Assembly (NCBI RefSeq): GCF_006345805.1
Contig: NC_043012.1
Location: 32,984,001 to 33,048,000 of the forward strand
Source of the DNA: Octopus sinensis
Taxonomy: Eukaryota
Reading direction: 5' to 3'
DNA length: 64,000 nt
Shown here: one piece after another, positions 56,935 to 64,000 of the stretch
Layout: the number at the start of each line of letters is the position of its first letter
Position numbering within the stretch: the first letter of the stretch is position 1
The notes under the pieces: generated by a model
What the model saw: only the letters and a program-made list of their open reading frames with translations
The model's database searches: none
What the model was told of the DNA's origin: nothing
Program-made: the position numbers and the translations under genes

Positions 56935-59900
56935 TCTTATGATAAAAGGCAGATTTTATCTGCCTCCCAAACCGTTTGTTTTTTATACAATTGTACAATA
57001 TAGAATTTCTTTAATTGGAATTTACCTATGCTTTTTCCAAGTAGATTCCATTGGGTCATGGCATGTAAAGTTTTTTCAATTTGACCCCCAATTAAGCAAA
57101 AATTCGAGAAAAGTAAATATTTTACGATTTGCCTCTCTAATTTCAACTGCTTCACTCAAACTATTACCACACTTTCTGCTACTTTCTCTTTGCATCATGT
57201 GTACGTGCGTGAGTGTGTGTGTGGTGTGTGTGTTTGATGGGGTGTGCGACACAGAAAGTGTGGTGTGTAAGTGAAGTGCTTTTGTTAGTGTGTGTAAAGA
57301 GACAGAGAGAGTAATGTTGTGCTGTGTGTGTATGTGTGAAAGACAGAGATAACTGAACTTTTTTTATTCACTTTTTGTAGTGAGTGACTGAGAGAGAAAA
57401 GAAGAGAGAGAGGTTATGTATGTATATATGTATTTATGGCTTCAGTGACACACACAAAAACACATACCTACGAACACCTAAAGCATGCACACACACACAC
57501 AAACGGAGCGCAATCTTCAAAAGAACTTTGCGCTCTATCTATCTGGTTTGCCATCCTCACACATATACACACGCAAACATATACATATATGAGAGTGACA
57601 AACACAAACGTTTCAAACAACTGCATACAAACACTCAAACACACACACGTGTGTGTTCGAGAAAAGTAAATATTTTACGATTTGTCTCTCTAATTTCAAC
57701 TGCTTCACTCATGCTATTACCATAATTTCTCCTACTTTCTCTTTGCAAGTGTACCTTAAACCACTACTCAAAAAACATACAGAGCAAACAGAAACAAATA
57801 AATACATAACGATTTACTCCTCACACAATTTCTTCAATTGGAGTTTACCTATGATTTTTCCAAGTACATTCCATTCGGTCATGGCATATAAATTTCTTTC
57901 AATTTCACCCCCAATTAAGCAAAAATTCGAGAAAACTCAATATTTTACGATTTCCCTCTCTCACTTCAAAGGCTTTACTCTGCCTATAACCACACTTACT
58001 CCCACTTTCTCTTTACACACAATACATATATGACAGTGTCAATTGTTGAAAGAAAATTGTAAACTAAGGTGTGTGTGTGCGTGAGTGTGTGTGTGTGTCT
58101 GTATGTGTGTGACAGGGATGAGCCATTAATACTGGTCATCCTTTTTGCTAGAGGAAGATCCGCTATGGTCTTATATGCTACACCACTGGTTTTCAATTCA
58201 TATTAATTATTAATCAAATTAATATTAAATTTTTCACCCTTATTATGTGTGTGTGTATTAGCAATTCGTATAAAATTGCATCAATGACTTGAACTTGAAT
58301 AAGTGGTTTCACATAAATGGGGATAAATTAAAAAGGTTTGTTGTTATTATTATTACTGTTTCACTATTGTAATCACGTGGCATGTAAAGTTTATAGCTGC
58401 AACACATTATATATACCGTACTTAATACACACCATGACACACCACAAATGTACCTTGAACGAGGACTATTCATTATAATATATCAGTTCCACACATTTAC
58501 CCTGGTTCCATTTCGGACAACTGCACAAACATTTGCCATTTGACACATGTATGTAAACAAATTCTTTTCTTAAAAATTTCAATTCATTTTCTTTTTCAAT
58601 TTACGTTTCTATACACTTTACACAAATATTTGATTAAACAACTAAAACACTTCACATTTCAAACATGTACGTAAACTTCTTCCATTCTTACAAATCTAAC
58701 TTTATTTTCTTGCTTTTAACTCAACTTTCAATACACTTTACACACTCTTTCGCTATACTTGCATAAAAAATTTCTTTCAGCTGCAAATATTTCTTTCTTT
58801 TCCTTCCACGGTTAACATTTTTCCACATTTCATTCACATTACAATTTCTATCTTTAAGTAACTTTCACCCTTTCTTTTTCACATAAAATGCCACCGAAAA
58901 AGAGAAGCCGCCTCGGCCGCCATACTTCAGCAGCAGCGGCGCAAAAGGCGATTATCGCAAACGAGCCTTCCGACAAAAAGGCTTTCAGACTTTCACAGAG
59001 CGCCTTACGTTCAGCGCAATCACGAGCTGCTGAAAATTTACAACAGCGCAACGCACGCCTAGCAAAAAAGGCTTCATACGATGCTGCTTCCAGGGCTTCA
59101 GAGGGTCCGGAAACAAGGTCGAAGCACATGGCCATAAAGGCTGCTGCTGCTGTTGCTGCACAAAGGGCTTCAGAGGACCCACAACAAAGGGCCACTCGAC
59201 TGGCTACAAACGCTGCGGCTACTGCTGCTTCAACATTTTCGACACATTCCCACGACTCAGACCAGCAACGTTCTACGTTCCAGCGGAACAGTCGATGCCG
59301 CGAGGCTACCTGCGGTCTGACAGTCCAAACAGCCCTTACTGGCATCTACGGGCTTTCAAGTATGAGCCCAACTTCAATTACTTGATGTACGCTGACATAA
59401 ATATTGGGGAAATGTGCTTCAATTGCCAATTCTGAAATGCTAAAAAGTGGGCTGGGGAACCACCTGCAATGTGCTGCTTAAACGGTAAGGTCAGCTTGCC
59501 CCCTCTTCGGGAGCTGCCAGACCCTTTGAAGGAATTACTTACTGGTTCCACCTCAAGGTCATCAAAATTCCTTCAACTCATCAGGAAGTACAATTGTGCA
59601 TTTCAGATGACTTCTTTCGGGGCTAACGTTGTCAGAGAAACTGGTTGGATGCCTACTTTCAAGGTCCAGGGCCAGGTGTACCACCTTATTGGGTCACTCC
59701 AGCCACTACAAAATTGCAAACCTTCGTTCCTTCAAATTTATTTCATTACAAATTACAATAGGCAACTTGATTTGCGTTTCGGCGTAATTCCACAACCTGC
59801 AAGCACTGACGCTAACAATTTCGACAGGGACGTGCTGCTCAGTCTGCAAAACATGCTTCATGACCACAACAGCTACATTCGCAGTTTCAAATATGCCTTG

Positions 59901-62900
59901 GAAACAGCCCCTTCACCAACATTCACCATTGTCATCGATGCTGACAAAAGGCCTTCTGGGGAGCACGCACGCCGATATAACGCTCCTTCGTGCAATGAAG
60001 TGGCCATAGTTCTCCATGGTGAACAGCACAATCAGCGAGACATAGTTCTTCAAAGCTGCAACAGTGGTCTTCAGCGTATTAATGAGACGCATCGGTCATA
60101 TGACGCCCTGCAGTATCCCTTTCTTTTTCCGTATGGAGAAGACGGGTACCATTTCGGCATTCCTCACCACAAACCAAACGAGCCCTCAGCTGCGACATCT
60201 AAAACTGTTTCATGTATGGCTTTTTACTCATACCGCTTCATGACAAGGCATAATGATTTCAACCCCTGCACAGATCACGGGAACTGTTTCACCAGTTTGC
60301 AGTTGACATGGCTGCAAAGATGGAGTCTGAGAGACTGTGCTTCATCAAATTGAATCAGAAGCAGCTGCGCTCAGACTCCTACATCCATTTGCGTGATGGC
60401 ATCAGGAATGACACTGACACCCGCAATATCGGCAAAATGTGCATTCTCCCCTCAACCTATACAGGGGGCCCACGGTACATGCACGAGCGAACACAAGACG
60501 CTATGACTTACGTTCGGCATTATGGGCGACCTGATTTATTCATTACCTTTACATGTAACCCAAAGTGGGTTGAGGTAACGCGAGAACTTCTCCCAGGGCA
60601 GCAGTACTGTCATCGCCATGATATTATTGCAAGGGTTTTCAGGCAGAAACTGGCTAAGCTCATTCATTTAATAAAAAAAGGGCAGGTTTTTGGGCCTGTT
60701 AACTGCCACATGTATACTGTTGAGTGGCAGAAAAGAGGGTTGCCACACGCGCACATTTTGCTTTGGTTGGTCAACAAAATAGACCCAACAGTTCTTGATG
60801 ATCTCATAGCAGCAGAAATTCCGGACCCAACTGTTGACTGGCAGCTGTACGACATTGTGAAGGCACACATGGTACACGGTCCGTGCGGTCCTGGTTTTCA
60901 AAAGTTCTCATGCCACAAAGACCACGTGTGCACTAAACGGTACCCAAAGAGGTTCGTGGATGAGACCCAGACTGGCCGCGACGGATACCCACTGTACAGA
61001 AGAAGGCACCCTGACAATGGTGGATTCACTATAATGTTACGGGGTCATCAAGTGGATAATAGGTGGGTAGTGCCATACTGTCCATTTCTGATGAAAACTT
61101 TTAACGCTCACATAAATGTGGAGTTCTGTCATTCAGTCAAGTCTATAAAGTATACATGTAAATATGTTAACAAGGGTTCTGACGCTTCCATGTTTGGCTT
61201 TCAAAAGGACAATAGCATGGACGAGGTGTCACAGTACTTGGCAGGTCGGTACATAAGCAGTGGTGAAGCTTTTTGGCGGATATTCGAGTTTCCACTTCAC
61301 CAAAGGCACCCCGCCATCATACAACTAGCGGTTCATTTGGAAAATGGCCAGCGAACTTACTTTACTGAACAGACTGCAGCTGAATTGGCGGCAAATCCAA
61401 AACAAACAACTTTGACCGGTTTCTTTAGGCTTTGCCAACTTGACACATTTGCTAAAACACTTTTATGCCCTCAGGTCCCGTCCTACTACGTGTGGTCAAA
61501 CAACAATTGGGTGCGTAGGAAGTCGGGTCAGGATGTTAAAGGACATCCTGGTGTCAAGTTTAACAGTTGTCTAGGAAGAGTCTACACTGTACCTGCAAAC
61601 CAACATGAGTGTTTTCACCTGCGCCTTCTCCATGAGGTTTTAGGCCCACAAAGTTTTCAAGACATCAGAACTGTTGATGGTGTATTATGTGATACTTTCC
61701 GCGAAGCCTGTTTTCGGCGTCAACTTTTGGAGGATGATTCACAATGGGGCGCCACTATGGCGGAGGGTGTTTGATTAAAATCTCCTAAAAAAATCAGATC
61801 GCTTTTCGCTATTCTATTACTATGGTGTGACTTGGCTAATCCCACCTCTTTATGGCTTATCTACAAAGATTATATGTCTGAAGATTTCCTGTGTCACGCT
61901 CAATCGCTACATCCATCAATGGAGGTCGGGTACACTGACCTCATTTACAACAGGGCGCTGCTTGAAATCGAAGATACTGTACTTGATATGGGCGGTAGTG
62001 CCTTGCCGGTCTATGGCCTACCTTCAACAAACCAGGAAGGCACAAACACTCTGTCTTCACATTTGCTGCGTGAGACATGTTTTAATGTTGACGAGCTTGC
62101 CGAGTACATAGCCGATAATGAGCCAAAGCTCCTTCCAGAACAGAAGTTCGCTTACAACTCTGTTGTTAATTCAGTCCGGGCCAAAGCTGTGGGGATTTTT
62201 TTCCTGGACGCTCCTGGGGGCACTGGGAAAACTTTTGTCAACAAATTAATATTGGCTGAGATTAGGCGAACACAAGGCATTGCCCTAACTGTGGCATCAT
62301 CTGGAATTGTGGCTACTTTGTTGCCAGGCGGCAGGACAGCTCACTCTACTTTCAAGCTCCCACTTGACTTAGCGAAGACTGAGACACCAACTTGCAACAT
62401 CAGTAACAGCTCCGATCAGGCAGAAGTCTTCAGACGATGCAAGCTTATCGTTTGGGATGAATGCACGGTGGCCCACAGAGGTGCTCTTGAGGCACTAGAT
62501 AGATCTCTCAGAGACATCAAACAATCTTCAGCTCCCATGGGAGGCATAACACTTCTTCTTTCAGGGGACTTCCGACAAACACTTCCCGTTATTCCCAAAG
62601 GGACTAGAGCTGATGCAGTAAGTGCGTGTCCTAAGTCATCCACATTGTGGCCACTGGTGAAGACTCTCAAACTTCACACCAATATGTGTGCTCATATGCG
62701 ACGTGATATCACATCAGCAGCATTTTCTCACACCCTCCTTGCACTTGGCGAAGGCAAAATACCAGGGGATGAAAATGGTAATATTGCCATCGATTCCATT
62801 TGTACCATTGTTAAAACGCCTTCTGATCTCAGAGATGCAGTGTTCCCAGATCTACAAGCTAATTATCAGAATATGGATTGGATTGGCCAAAGGGCTATTC

Positions 62901-64000
62901 TGGCCCCGAGGAATAAAACTGTTCACCATATTAATGATGAAATGCTAAAACTCATTCCTGGGGATGTCTATGTATATAAGTCTATCGATACAACTCCTGA
63001 CCCAGAGGACATAATCAATTATCCAATAGAGGTACTCAGTTCCTTTGAGCCCCCCAGACTACCACCACACATTCTCAAACTTAAAGTTGGTGCCCCTATA
63101 ATGCTCATTAGAAATTTGGCTCCCCCAAAACAATGCAATGGCACACGTTTGATCGTTAAGTCCTTATCTCCCAATCTGATTGAGGCCACCATTATCACAG
63201 GGTGCGGTCGAGGCAACGTTCCTAGGATGCATCTTTTCCCATCAGGAGCAGACCTACCTTTCATATTTCGGAGGTCCCAGTTCTCAGTAAGGCCATGTTT
63301 CGCAATGTCAATTAACAAAGCGCAGGGTTAAACACTGTCTGTGGCGGGAATACATTTGGGAGAGCCATGTTTCTCTCATGGTCAGCTTTATGTTGGCTTC
63401 TCGCGTGTCGGCAGCAACAGTGATGCTTTCACATTCGTTCCACAACGAAAAACAAAAAACATTGTGTACAAGGTTTTATAGGATTACTACGTTTCATCAT
63501 TTTCGAACACGTTAGTATTTCACTTACATACGACTCTCTTTTATGATGGCATTTACATTTTTAGGCATTTCATGACATTAATTCACACTTAACCAACACC
63601 TGTCCTTCGCTCACCTCCATTTCTATCCATTCATCATCAAACCACCAGCCTCATCGTCTATATCCAACGTATATGACACATCTACCCCCTACATCTACAC
63701 TCTCACTGTTAAAGTTTACATAAGCGACAACACGATCGCAACATACACTTTGGAAACTAAGCAACAGATCATTTTATACAACAACAAATTTAATCAAAAC
63801 GCCCATCAATGAAAACATCTCCACCCACTGTGTTGTGATTCATCTAACAGCACCACTACAGTCTTGCCGGTCTGACATATGGTGAGTAGATGCTATTGTT
63901 CTATATTTTATAAATTACTTATATTTACTTACCCATGCTTCATTCCCCTCTTGCCTACATAGGGCATCCACTCTCTTTTAACACAGCATCAAGTTTTGTA
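56935..64000 (+). mobile_element. Autonomous-type Helitron, 3' end outside the window
   Basis: 5' TCTTATGATAAAAGGCAGATTTTATCTGCCT, about 2-kb repeat-rich leader, RepHel coding region; no terminal hairpin plus CTAG before 64000. The 5' boundary is inferred. Confidence 0.8.
58888..63481 (+). pseudogene. Helitron Rep/Helicase (HUH endonuclease plus PIF1-family SF1 helicase), disrupted
   Basis: Rep motifs PDLFITFTCNPKW, VEWQKRGLPHAHILLW, KYTCKYVNKG; helicase motifs DAPGGTGKT, WDE, GDFRQ, FAMSINKAQG, HGQLYVGFSRV. Frameshifts near 59340-59400 and 60265; in-frame stops at 59433, 61772, 63329; terminal TAG at 63481. Confidence 0.96.

Noticed and set aside
58854-59345. 163-aa minus-strand ORF
   Set aside because: Antisense shadow of the Ala-rich Helitron N-terminus.

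Overview
This is AT-rich animal genomic DNA; the SINE and LINE repertoire resembles octopus as I recall it, so the species is an inference. It is dominated by repeats: several tRNA-head and RTE-tail SINE families, decayed RTE LINEs, two mariner relics, at least four MITE families, three non-autonomous Helitrons and a large, lightly decayed autonomous Helitron (RepHel about 58.9-63.5 kb, running off the window end). There is one intact tRNA-Lys(CTT) plus a truncated tandem duplicate. No host protein-coding gene could be identified with confidence, only candidate exons and promoter-like motif clusters. The most striking unexplained structure is a set of sequence-unrelated fold-back palindromes (about 135-550 bp) beside (TA)n runs. 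Three of them carry type I hammerhead-ribozyme motifs reading outward from the palindrome centre. One (36980-37039, minus strand) has a complete consensus core and all three stems, while its mirror copy is mutated in the catalytic core. Two further hammerhead-like motifs sit in non-palindromic TA-flanked inserts.
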